Positions 52,509 through 64,000 of a DNA stretch of 64,000 bases are shown here, in pieces. The notes under the pieces were generated by a model. The model ran no database searches, was not told the origin of the DNA, and worked only from the letters and a program-made list of their open reading frames with translations. This stretch comes from Deinococcus sp. GTDB lineage: Bacteria > Deinococcota > Deinococci > Deinococcales > Deinococcaceae. The first letter of the stretch is position 1. Each line of letters opens with the position of its first letter. Both the position numbers and the translations under genes were made by a program. The stretch spans positions 640,001-704,000 of the forward strand of contig OZ253375.1 in NCBI GenBank assembly GCA_965261005.1, in the 5' to 3' direction.

Positions 52509-53453
52509 GTGTCCCTCACCTTTACGGCTCAGGACGGCCGCCTCGACGCCGTCCTGAGCGAACTGAGCGGGGTGAGCCGCGCGCAGGTGGCCCAGTGGAT
52601 CGCGGCGGGCCAAGTGCGCGTGAATGGAGAGACCGCCGCCAAGCCCGGCCAGCGGCTGCGCGGCGGCGAGCGGCTGGAGGCGGACCCGCCCCCGGACAGA
52701 CCCAGCCACGTGGCGCCCGAACGGCTGCCCCTCGACGTGCTCTACGAGGACGACCACCTGATCGCCCTCAACAAGGCCCCCGGCATGGTCACCCACCCCG
52801 CCGGCCCCCTCGTCAGCGGCACGCTGGTGAACGCCTTGCTGGGCCGCCTGAATTTGCCCGAGCAGGACGGCGCGCGGGGACCGGACGGCTATCGGCCGGG
52901 CATCGTTCACCGGCTCGACAAGGAGACCAGCGGCGTCATCGTGGTAGCGAAGACCGTGGCGGCCCACGCGAGGCTGGCCGCCGCCTTCAAGGCGCGCGAG
53001 GTGCAGAAAACCTATCTGGCCGTCGCCGCGGGGCGTTGGGCGGCCGAACAGCCCGTGCTGCTCGACGCCCCCATCGGCCGTCACCCCAGCGCCCGCCAGC
53101 GCATGACCGTGGGCGGCGCGGCGGCGCGGGAGGCCCAGACCCGCTTCGTGCCGCTGGCGCGCCTGACTTCTGGCGGGCAGACCCTCGCCCTCATGCGCTG
53201 TGAACCGCGCACGGGGCGCACCCACCAGATTCGCGTCCACTCGGCCCACCTCGGCTCCCCCGTGCTGGGCGACGGCGTGTACGGCAAGCCCAGCCCCTTC
53301 ATTTCCCGTCAAGCCCTGCACGCTTGGCAGCTCAGTTTTCCCCACCCGGCAAGCGGCGAGACGCTGCACCTCGCGGCCCCGCCGCCGGGGGACTTGCTCG
53401 CGGCCTGGACCGCGCTGGGCGGCACATTGCCGGAGGAGCTGACCGGTAAATGA
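52509..53453 (+). CDS. RluA family pseudouridine synthase (RluD-like)
   Basis: S4 domain, NKAPGMVTHP, GIVHRLDKETSG, TGRTHQIRVH. Confidence 0.94.
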   Translation: MSLTFTAQDGRLDAVLSELSGVSRAQVAQWIAAGQVRVNGETAAKPGQRLRGGERLEADPPPDRPSHVAPERLPLDVLYEDDHLIALNKAPGMVTHPAGPLVSGTLVNALLGRLNLPEQDGARGPDGYRPGIVHRLDKETSGVIVVAKTVAAHARLAAAFKAREVQKTYLAVAAGRWAAEQPVLLDAPIGRHPSARQRMTVGGAAAREAQTRFVPLARLTSGGQTLALMRCEPRTGRTHQIRVHSAHLGSPVLGDGVYGKPSPFISRQALHAWQLSFPHPASGETLHLAAPPPGDLLAAWTALGGTLPEELTGK

Positions 53454-53562
53454 GAGCTTCGACCGTTTTGACCTCAAAGTGACCGGCTTAAGATGACCGA
53501 ACTGCCGGAGCATTCGGTTCCGGCCCCGAACTTCCGTTCCTGCTTCCCGAAAGGAGCACCAC

Positions 53563-54192
53563 ATGGCTTACCAACTGCCCCCCCTGCCGTACCCCGAGGA
53601 CGCGCTGGAGCCGCACATCGACGCGGAGACCATGCAGATTCACCACGACAAGCACCACGCGGCCTACGTCAACAACGCCAACGCCGCGCTGGAGGGCCTG
53701 GACGACGACCTTCAAAACATGAGTCCCCAGGACTTGATCCAGAATTTGGAGCGCGTGCCCGAGGCCAAGCGGGGCGCCCTGCGCAACAACGCCGGCGGCC
53801 ACGTCAACCACAGCCTGTTTTGGCAATGGATGGGTCAGGGCCAGGGCGGCCAGCCAGGGGGGGAACTCGCCCAAGCGATTGAGCGCGACTTCGGCTCCTT
53901 CGACGCCTTCAAGCAGCAGTTCACCCAGGCGGCCACCACCCGCTTCGGCTCGGGCTGGGCTTGGCTGGTCGTGCAGGGCGGCAAGCTGGCCATCGTGTCC
54001 ACCCCCAACCAGGACAATCCCCTGATGGGCGAGGCCGTCGCGGGCGTGGGCGGCACGCCGATTCTGGGCCTGGACGTGTGGGAGCACTCCTACTACCTCA
54101 AGTACCAAAACAAGCGCCCCGACTACATCGCCGCCTTTTGGAACGTCGTCAATTGGGACAAGGTGAGCGAGCTGTACGGGCAGGCCAAGTAA
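53563..54192 (+). CDS. sodA: Superoxide dismutase [Mn]
   Basis: [44 protein letters not shown]. Confidence 0.96.
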   Translation: MAYQLPPLPYPEDALEPHIDAETMQIHHDKHHAAYVNNANAALEGLDDDLQNMSPQDLIQNLERVPEAKRGALRNNAGGHVNHSLFWQWMGQGQGGQPGGELAQAIERDFGSFDAFKQQFTQAATTRFGSGWAWLVVQGGKLAIVSTPNQDNPLMGEAVAGVGGTPILGLDVWEHSYYLKYQNKRPDYIAAFWNVVNWDKVSELYGQAK

Positions 54193-54206
54193 ACGAGGTT
54201 TTTGTG

Positions 54207-54243
54207 GGCGGGCAGGGGTCGAAGAGACTTCCTGCCCGCCTTC
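54207..54243 (+). terminator. Hairpin after sodA
   Basis: GGCGGGCAGG...CCTGCCCGCC-TTC. Confidence 0.6.
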
Positions 54244-54294
54244 ACCTTGGGTGTTAAGCTGAGCGCGGATTTCCAACACCACAGAGGGGTCAGC

Positions 54295-55016
<722 letters not shown>

Positions 55017-55020
<4 letters not shown>

Positions 55021-55295
55021 ACTACCAAGTCCGCGTCTTCGTCTCCCTGCGGCCCAGCATTCTCGATCCGCAGGGGCGCACCATCGAGCGCGCGCTCTCG
55101 CACCTGGGCTACGAGGGCGTGTCGGGCGTGCGGGTCGGCAAATTGATCGAAATAGTGATGACCGGCGAGCGCGCCGAGGTGGAGGCGCGGGCCGCCGAAT
55201 TGGCGCGCACGGTGCTGTCGAACCCGGTGATGGAGACGGCGCGCGTCGAGGTCGAGGCGCTGGAGACCGAGAACTTGGCGGAGGCCGGCGCGTGA
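55017..55295 (+). CDS. purS: FGAM synthase subunit PurS
   Basis: [25 protein letters not shown] overlap with purC. Confidence 0.96.
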
Positions 55296-55957
55296 GCGAG
55301 GTCGCCGTGGTACAGTTCCCCGGCTCCAACTGCGACGCCGACGCCGTGAACGCCGTGGAGGTGTTGGGCGGTAAGGCGCGGCTGGTGTGGCACGTGGAAA
55401 GGGAGCTGGGCCGGCCCGACGCGGTCATCCTGCCGGGGGGGTTTTCCTACGGGGACCATCTCCGCAGCGGCGCCATCGCGGCCAGAAGTCCCATCATGGA
55501 CGGCGTGAAGGCGTTCGCGGCGCGCGGCGGGCCGGTGCTGGGCATCTGCAACGGCTTCCAAACCCTCTGCGAGGCGGGCCTGTTGCCGGGGGCGCTGGCG
55601 CGCAACGAGGGGCTGCACTTCATCTGCCGCGTGGCCGACTTGCAGGTGGTGAACGCGGTTAGCCCCTTCACGGCCCTGTACGGGGAGGGGCAGCTGCTGC
55701 GCGTCCCTGTCGCCCACGGCGAAGGGCGCTACTACGCCGACGCCGAGACGCTGGCCCGCCTGGAGGGTGAGAACCGGGTGGCCTTTCGCTACGTCGGCAA
55801 CCCCAACGGCAGCCTCAACGACATCGCGGGCATCCTCAGCGAGCGGGGCAACGTCCTGGGCATGATGCCGCACCCCGAGCGGGTGGTGGAGCAGGTTCTC
55901 GGCGGCGAGGACGGGCGCGGCATCTTCGAGGCGCTGCTGGGCATGGTGCCGGCGTGA
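55292..55957 (+). CDS. purQ: FGAM synthase subunit PurQ
   Basis: [30 protein letters not shown]. Confidence 0.97.
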   Translation: MSEVAVVQFPGSNCDADAVNAVEVLGGKARLVWHVERELGRPDAVILPGGFSYGDHLRSGAIAARSPIMDGVKAFAARGGPVLGICNGFQTLCEAGLLPGALARNEGLHFICRVADLQVVNAVSPFTALYGEGQLLRVPVAHGEGRYYADAETLARLEGENRVAFRYVGNPNGSLNDIAGILSERGNVLGMMPHPERVVEQVLGGEDGRGIFEALLGMVPA

Positions 55958-55990
55958 GCGGTGTTGGTATGAATGGTGCCGGCGTGAGCG
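55943..55990 (+). repeat. 18-bp direct repeat at the purQ/DinB junction
   Basis: ATGGTGCCGGCGTGAGCG at 55943-55960 and 55973-55990. Confidence 0.9.
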
Positions 55991-56439
55991 ATCTCATCAC
56001 CTTTCTGAACGAGCAGTACGCCGCCGAGCTGGCCGCCTTTCGCGCCGCGCTGGACGCCGTGCCGGAGGAGCGCTTCGCGCAAGCCAGCCCGGGGCACAGC
56101 CCCGCTTGGCAGGCGCTGCACGTCGCGGAGTGGCTGCGCCTGGGCGTGCTGGGCGACCGCTCGGCTACCTACGGCCACCTCGGTTGGGAGGACCAAGCTT
56201 GGGCGCAGGAATTGCGTGTGAACCCCGCTATCGGTGAGGACGCCGGAAAAGGGGCGGTGCTGGCGCACCTGGACGGCGTTTCCCAGCGAGTCCTGACCTT
56301 TGTGCAACATCTAACTGCCGCCGACCTCGCGGGAAAGAGCTTCTCCCCCAGCGCCCCCAACGGCGAGCGCCCGCGCCTTCAGGGGTTGGGGCTGCACCTG
56401 CGGCACGTCGCGTACCACCGGGGCCAAGCCAAGCTATAA
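55954..56439 (+). CDS. DinB/YfiT family protein
   Basis: [13 protein letters not shown]...HVAYHRGQ; start at GTG 55954 or 55984. Confidence 0.85.
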   Translation: MSGVGMNGAGVSDLITFLNEQYAAELAAFRAALDAVPEERFAQASPGHSPAWQALHVAEWLRLGVLGDRSATYGHLGWEDQAWAQELRVNPAIGEDAGKGAVLAHLDGVSQRVLTFVQHLTAADLAGKSFSPSAPNGERPRLQGLGLHLRHVAYHRGQAKL

Positions 56440-56467
56440 ACTTCTACAAGTATGCTAAGTTGACAGC

Positions 56468-56857
56468 ATGACCTTGCGCTTTAACCTCGGCAGCTACTTG
56501 CAAAGCCACCAGATCAGCGCCTACCGCTTGGTGGGTGAGGTGAAGGGGCGGGTGGCGCCCAACACCATTTACAGCCTGGCGCGCCGGCCCGCCCAGCGCA
56601 TCGACCTCAATACCGTCGGCGAGGTGCTGCGCGCCCTGGAGCGGTTGACGGGCGAGAAGGTGGCGATCACCGAGATGCTGGAGGAGCCGGAGGAGATAGA
56701 CCTCTCGCACCTGCGCCTACCCGCCGGAACACCTGCCTTTGATCCGAAGTTGCCCAAAAAGTTCCGCTACAGCGGGGCGGGGCGAGCCGTCAAGATTGAG
56801 GGTTCACCTTCCATCACGGAAATTGTGTCCGAGGGAAGGGAAAGGAACTTACCCTGA
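56468..56857 (+). CDS. Putative antitoxin: Cro/Xre-type HTH plus disordered C-terminus
   Basis: ISAYRL...NTIYSLAR...RIDLNTVGEVLRAL; tail SITEIVSEGR; directly upstream of the PIN gene. Confidence 0.75.
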   Translation: MTLRFNLGSYLQSHQISAYRLVGEVKGRVAPNTIYSLARRPAQRIDLNTVGEVLRALERLTGEKVAITEMLEEPEEIDLSHLRLPAGTPAFDPKLPKKFRYSGAGRAVKIEGSPSITEIVSEGRERNLP

Positions 56858-56862
56858 GCGTT

Positions 56863-57285
56863 TTGTATCTAGATTCGAACGCTCTCGCCAAGCTGTATCT
56901 GGATGAGGACGCCGCCGAGCAGCAGCACGTCTTGGTACTGCTGGAACGGCACGAGCGCATCGCTTCTTGCACCATTGCTTTCGCGGAGGTCAGCGGCGTC
57001 TTTGCCCGCTACTTTCATAAAGGCGTGTTGGATGAAGCAACTTACGCGGACAAGATGCAGAGGTTTTTGAACGACTGGGCGTCGGTGAACGTCATTGATA
57101 TTGTTCCGGCAACTTCCACCTTGGCTGCTCAACTTATGAAAGCCCACTCCGGCTTGCGGGCGATGGACGCCCTTCACCTCGCCTCAGCCCTCGCCCTGCG
57201 CCAATCCGCGCCGGTCAAGCTGTTGACCTTCGATGTGCGACTTCAAGCTGTGGCCCAAGCGCTGATCCCTGAAGCCCTCGCCTGA
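56863..57285 (+). CDS. vapC: VapC PIN-domain toxin
   Basis: YLDSNALAKLY, AEV, LRAMDALHLASAL, LTFD; may start at CTG 56854 overlapping the upstream stop. Confidence 0.9.
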   Translation: MYLDSNALAKLYLDEDAAEQQHVLVLLERHERIASCTIAFAEVSGVFARYFHKGVLDEATYADKMQRFLNDWASVNVIDIVPATSTLAAQLMKAHSGLRAMDALHLASALALRQSAPVKLLTFDVRLQAVAQALIPEALA

Positions 57286-57297
57286 AGAGGACCCCCC

Positions 57298-59529
<2,232 letters not shown>

Positions 59530-59795
59530 CAAGGCGCCGACCGCTGAATGAACACGAGTTTCTGATCTATAACAATAGTTTCACTTTACTTCATAAGAAC
59601 TTAAACCGCTTTTCTTGTCAACGGTGGCCTTTCTCACGGCCGCATCACGGCTCTTTTCAAATTTTCGTCTATATAAAAGCATAGGGCGAAGAAAAGTGGT
59701 CACGCCGCTCTTGCGCGCCGGCGCTCGGGTTTTTTGGCGGCTTGCCGTGAACCGGAACGTTCTGCTTTCCTACCCGACCTTTGAAGGAGTTCAGC

Positions 59796-61121
<1,326 letters not shown>

Positions 61122-61133
61122 ATCTTTAGAAAG

Positions 61134-61164
61134 AAAGCGGCGGACATCCGAGTCCGCCGCTTTT
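61134..61164. terminator. Bidirectional terminator between HtrA and glnA
   Basis: AAAGCGGCGGAC-N6-GTCCGCCGCTTTT. Confidence 0.88.
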
Positions 61165-61176
61165 CCTATGCCGTCT

Positions 61177-63333
61177 TTACTTCACGAACAGCATCTGCCT
61201 ATAGGTCGGCAGCGGCCAGTGCTGCTCGCTGACGACCTTTTCCAATTCGTCGGCGGCCTCGCGCACCCTCAGCATGGCGGGCAGCACGGCGGCCTGCATG
61301 TGGTGGGCCTTGTCGTGGACCTCCTCGCCGCCCCCCGCCTCGTTCTGCTCGCGCAACCGTTGCAGGGCGTCGTAGAGGGCGTCGGCCAGGGTCGCGACCT
61401 CACTCGCGGTGGCCTCGGCAGCGCGGCTTTTCACGTTCACGCTGCCCAGGTCCCCCAGGTAGCCCAGCGCGGCGGGCAGGATCATGGTCTGGGCGATGTA
61501 CTCGGTGGTCTCGCCCTCGATGTTGACGGTCTTGAAGTACTGCTCGAACATGATCTCCTGGCGCGCCTTTACCTCGCGCTCGTTGAGGACGTGGTACTTC
61601 TCAAACAGGGCCAAATTCTCGGGGCTGGTGTAGCGCTCGATAGCGTCGAGGGTGGTCCGCAGATTCAGGAGGCCGCGCCCCTCGGCCTCTTGGTGCCACG
61701 CCTGCGAATAGCCGTCGCCGTTGAAGACCACGCGCTTATGGGCGCCGTAGGTCTCCTTGATGACCTCCGCGAGGGCGCCCGCAAGGGGCCGTCCCGCGTC
61801 CAGCTTGGCCTGCAACTGGGCGCTCAGCTGGTCCACCGCGTCGGCCACGATTAGGTTCAGCACCGTGATGGGCATGGAGATGCTCTGCGAGCTGCCCACC
61901 GCCCGGAACTCGAACTTGTTGCCGGTAAAGGCGAAGGGGCTGGTGCGGTTGCGGTCCCCGGCGTGCCGGGGCAGGCGGGGCAGACCCGGCGTGCCGAGGC
62001 CCAGCAGGCCCTTTTCGGTGCCGCGCCCGCCCTGACCACTGGCCAGCCGGTCAAAGATGTCGGTCAGCTCGTCGCCCAGAAAGATCGAGAGAATGGCCGG
62101 CGGGGCCTCGTTGGCGCCCAGACGGTGGTCGTTGCCGGCCGCCGCCACGCTCAGGCGCAGCAGGTCCTGGTGCTGGTCCACCGCCTGAATCACGGCCGAG
62201 CAGAAGAAGAGGAACTGCATGTTTTCGTGCGGGGTGTCGCCCGGTTCCAACAAGTTGTGGCCGGCGTCGGTGCCCACGCTCCAGTTGCAGTGCTTGCCGC
62301 TGCCGTTCACGCCCGCGAAGGGTTTTTCGTGCAGCAGCGCGACCAGGCCGTACTTGCGCGCCGTGCTGCGCAGAATCTGCATGGTCAGCTGCTGGTGGTC
62401 GGCGGCGACGTTGCTGTTTTCAAAAATCGGCGCGATCTCGAACTGGCCGGGGGCGACCTCGTTGTGGCGGGTCTTGACCGGAATGCCCAGCGCGTACATC
62501 TGCTGCTCGGCGTCGGTCATAAAGGAGAGGATGCGGTCCGGAATGGCGCCGAAGTAGTGGTCTTCGAGTTCCTGCCCCCTGGGCGGCGGGGCGCCGAAGA
62601 GGGTACGCCCGGTCATGACCAAATCGGGGCGGCGGTAGTAGTACTCCTCGGCGATCAGGAAGTATTCCTGCTCGGCGCCCAGGGTGGAGCTGACCCGGCG
62701 GGTCTCCATGTCGCCGAAGAGCTTCAGGGCGCTCACGCACGACTGGCTGAGCGCCTCGATGGAGCGCAGCAGCGGCGTCTTCATGTCGAGGGCCTCGCCG
62801 GTCCAGGACGCAAAGGCGGTCGGGATGCACAGGGTCGCGCCGTTGGCGTGGCGCATGATAAAGGCCGGACTGCTGGGGTCCCAGGCAGTGTAACCGCGCG
62901 CCTCGAAGGTGGCGCGCAAACCGCCCGACGGAAAGCTGGAGGCGTCCGGCTCGGCCTGGATCAGCTCACCGCCGCCGAACTGCGCGATGGCGCCGCCGCC
63001 CTCCACCGGGGACACGAAGGAATCGTGCTTCTCAGCGGTCGCGCCCGTCAGCGGTTGAAACCAGTGGGTGTAGTGGGTGGCGCCCTTTTCGAGCGCCCAC
63101 GTCTTCATGGCGAGGGCCACCGTGTCGGCGACCCCTGGGTCCAGCGTCTCGCCGCGCTCCACGGTGGCTTGCAGCGACTTGAACACCGGCTTGCTGAGGC
63201 GCTGGCGCAATTCGTTCGTCGTCAGCACGTCCGAGCCGAACACGTCGGTCAGCACCTCCTCTGGAGACAAAGTCTCCTGATCTTCCAAGCGCCAATTGCG
63301 CGCTGCCAGCAATACGTCCGTGTCCTGGTTCAT
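61177..63333 (-). CDS. glnA: Glutamine synthetase type III
   Basis: [64 protein letters not shown]. Confidence 0.96.
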   Translation of the reverse strand: MNQDTDVLLAARNWRLEDQETLSPEEVLTDVFGSDVLTTNELRQRLSKPVFKSLQATVERGETLDPGVADTVALAMKTWALEKGATHYTHWFQPLTGATAEKHDSFVSPVEGGGAIAQFGGGELIQAEPDASSFPSGGLRATFEARGYTAWDPSSPAFIMRHANGATLCIPTAFASWTGEALDMKTPLLRSIEALSQSCVSALKLFGDMETRRVSSTLGAEQEYFLIAEEYYYRRPDLVMTGRTLFGAPPPRGQELEDHYFGAIPDRILSFMTDAEQQMYALGIPVKTRHNEVAPGQFEIAPIFENSNVAADHQQLTMQILRSTARKYGLVALLHEKPFAGVNGSGKHCNWSVGTDAGHNLLEPGDTPHENMQFLFFCSAVIQAVDQHQDLLRLSVAAAGNDHRLGANEAPPAILSIFLGDELTDIFDRLASGQGGRGTEKGLLGLGTPGLPRLPRHAGDRNRTSPFAFTGNKFEFRAVGSSQSISMPITVLNLIVADAVDQLSAQLQAKLDAGRPLAGALAEVIKETYGAHKRVVFNGDGYSQAWHQEAEGRGLLNLRTTLDAIERYTSPENLALFEKYHVLNEREVKARQEIMFEQYFKTVNIEGETTEYIAQTMILPAALGYLGDLGSVNVKSRAAEATASEVATLADALYDALQRLREQNEAGGGEEVHDKAHHMQAAVLPAMLRVREAADELEKVVSEQHWPLPTYRQMLFVK

Positions 63334-63527
63334 GTTCACCCCGCTGAGGAGAAGGTTTCGCAAGTTGTTCGCGTTTTGGCGCACAGCCCGCAAAGAGAAG
63401 CGGGAGACCAGCTCGCCATAGGACGTTTTTTAGCACAAACTGCGCCAAAGAGGCTACAACGGGGAGAGGAGCTGGCCCAAGTGCCCAACCTGCCGCCCCC
63501 GCCCGGCGAAGAATGGCCCTGATCGCC

Positions 63528-63851
63528 TCAGGAAGCGATCTGCTCCAGACCGCGCTCGCCCAACGTGTTCAAGCTGACGCCCTCGGACTTTGCGTGGGCA
63601 ACCAGCCGTGCGTGCAAGCATGGGTCAATGCGGACGTTGAAGCGACCCGACAAGGGCTTTTCCGGTTCTTCGCCGCGCTCCGCGCAAAACGCGAGGTAGT
63701 CGTCCACGCTGTCACGAAAAGCCTGCTTGAGCTGCGCCACGCTCTCGCCCTGAAAGGTGATCACGTCGCGCGTGTTCACCACGTCGCCGTGAAAAACCTC
63801 GGCTTCGTCGTCATATATGGCCGTACCGACGTACCCTTTGTACTCCATCAT
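63528..63851 (-). CDS. hicB: HicB family antitoxin
   Basis: MEYKGY...RDVITFQGESV...SVDDYL...PEKPLSGRFNVRI...SLN. Confidence 0.92.
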   Translation of the reverse strand: MMEYKGYVGTAIYDDEAEVFHGDVVNTRDVITFQGESVAQLKQAFRDSVDDYLAFCAERGEEPEKPLSGRFNVRIDPCLHARLVAHAKSEGVSLNTLGERGLEQIAS

Positions 63852-63855
63852 GGCC

Positions 63856-64000
63856 TCATACGGGATTGCTTTGATTCCAGTCTATGCTGGAAAAACGCCA
63901 ACGTAGATTTCCATCGTCACCATCCCGTACTCTCTTCTACTCGCTCCGCGTCTTGGGCAGAACGGCACCTTCCGGGCCTGCCCGCTCGGATTCGTCTTCG
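63856..64000. mobile_element. SNR/SRE-like repeat, cut by the window end
   Basis: Core CTACTCGCTCCGC (63937-63949) and a 34-bp module 31/34 identical to the reverse complement of 32805-32838. Left boundary is approximate. Confidence 0.7.

Noticed and set aside
54193..54294. Purine or ZTP riboswitch before purC
   Set aside because: Only the sodA hairpin and a short leader are present; no recognisable aptamer.
63336..63419. 27-aa uORF ending 2 nt before glnA
   Set aside because: No Gln codon run, no terminator, and no RBS or leaderless promoter.

Overview
High-GC chromosomal window that looks like Deinococcota, probably Deinococcus or a close relative: many leaderless genes, a DdrO-type RDRM box before recQ, an RqkA-like kinase, a non-discriminating AspRS and SRE/SNR-like repeats. 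Most of it is housekeeping: trpE-G-D, dxs, glgP, recQ, aspS2, a metal ABC transporter, an amidase, tRNA-Arg(CCG), a PrsA-like foldase, murA, tatA, hslO, sodA, purC-S-Q-L, HtrA and GSIII glnA. The main discoveries are: (1) a ~6 kb accessory operon (37200-43252) with a modular two-warhead cell-wall effector (repeated beta domain + lysozyme-like domain + repeated beta domain + C39-like peptidase, now broken by one nonsense codon and one frameshift), two secreted immunity-like genes and an eCIS-type (Afp15/Pvc15-like) AAA ATPase; (2) an unannotated leaderless leader peptide MRPLANDDNRP with a complete attenuator in front of the non-discriminating AspRS, built like the Trp-Trp-Trp attenuator before trpE; (3) three tandem small acidic paralogues sharing an N-terminal motif; (4) a family of modular MITE-like repeats; (5) three toxin-antitoxin loci, one flanked by a duplicated aspS2 3' end. 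All calls come from reading the sequence; no database searches were run.
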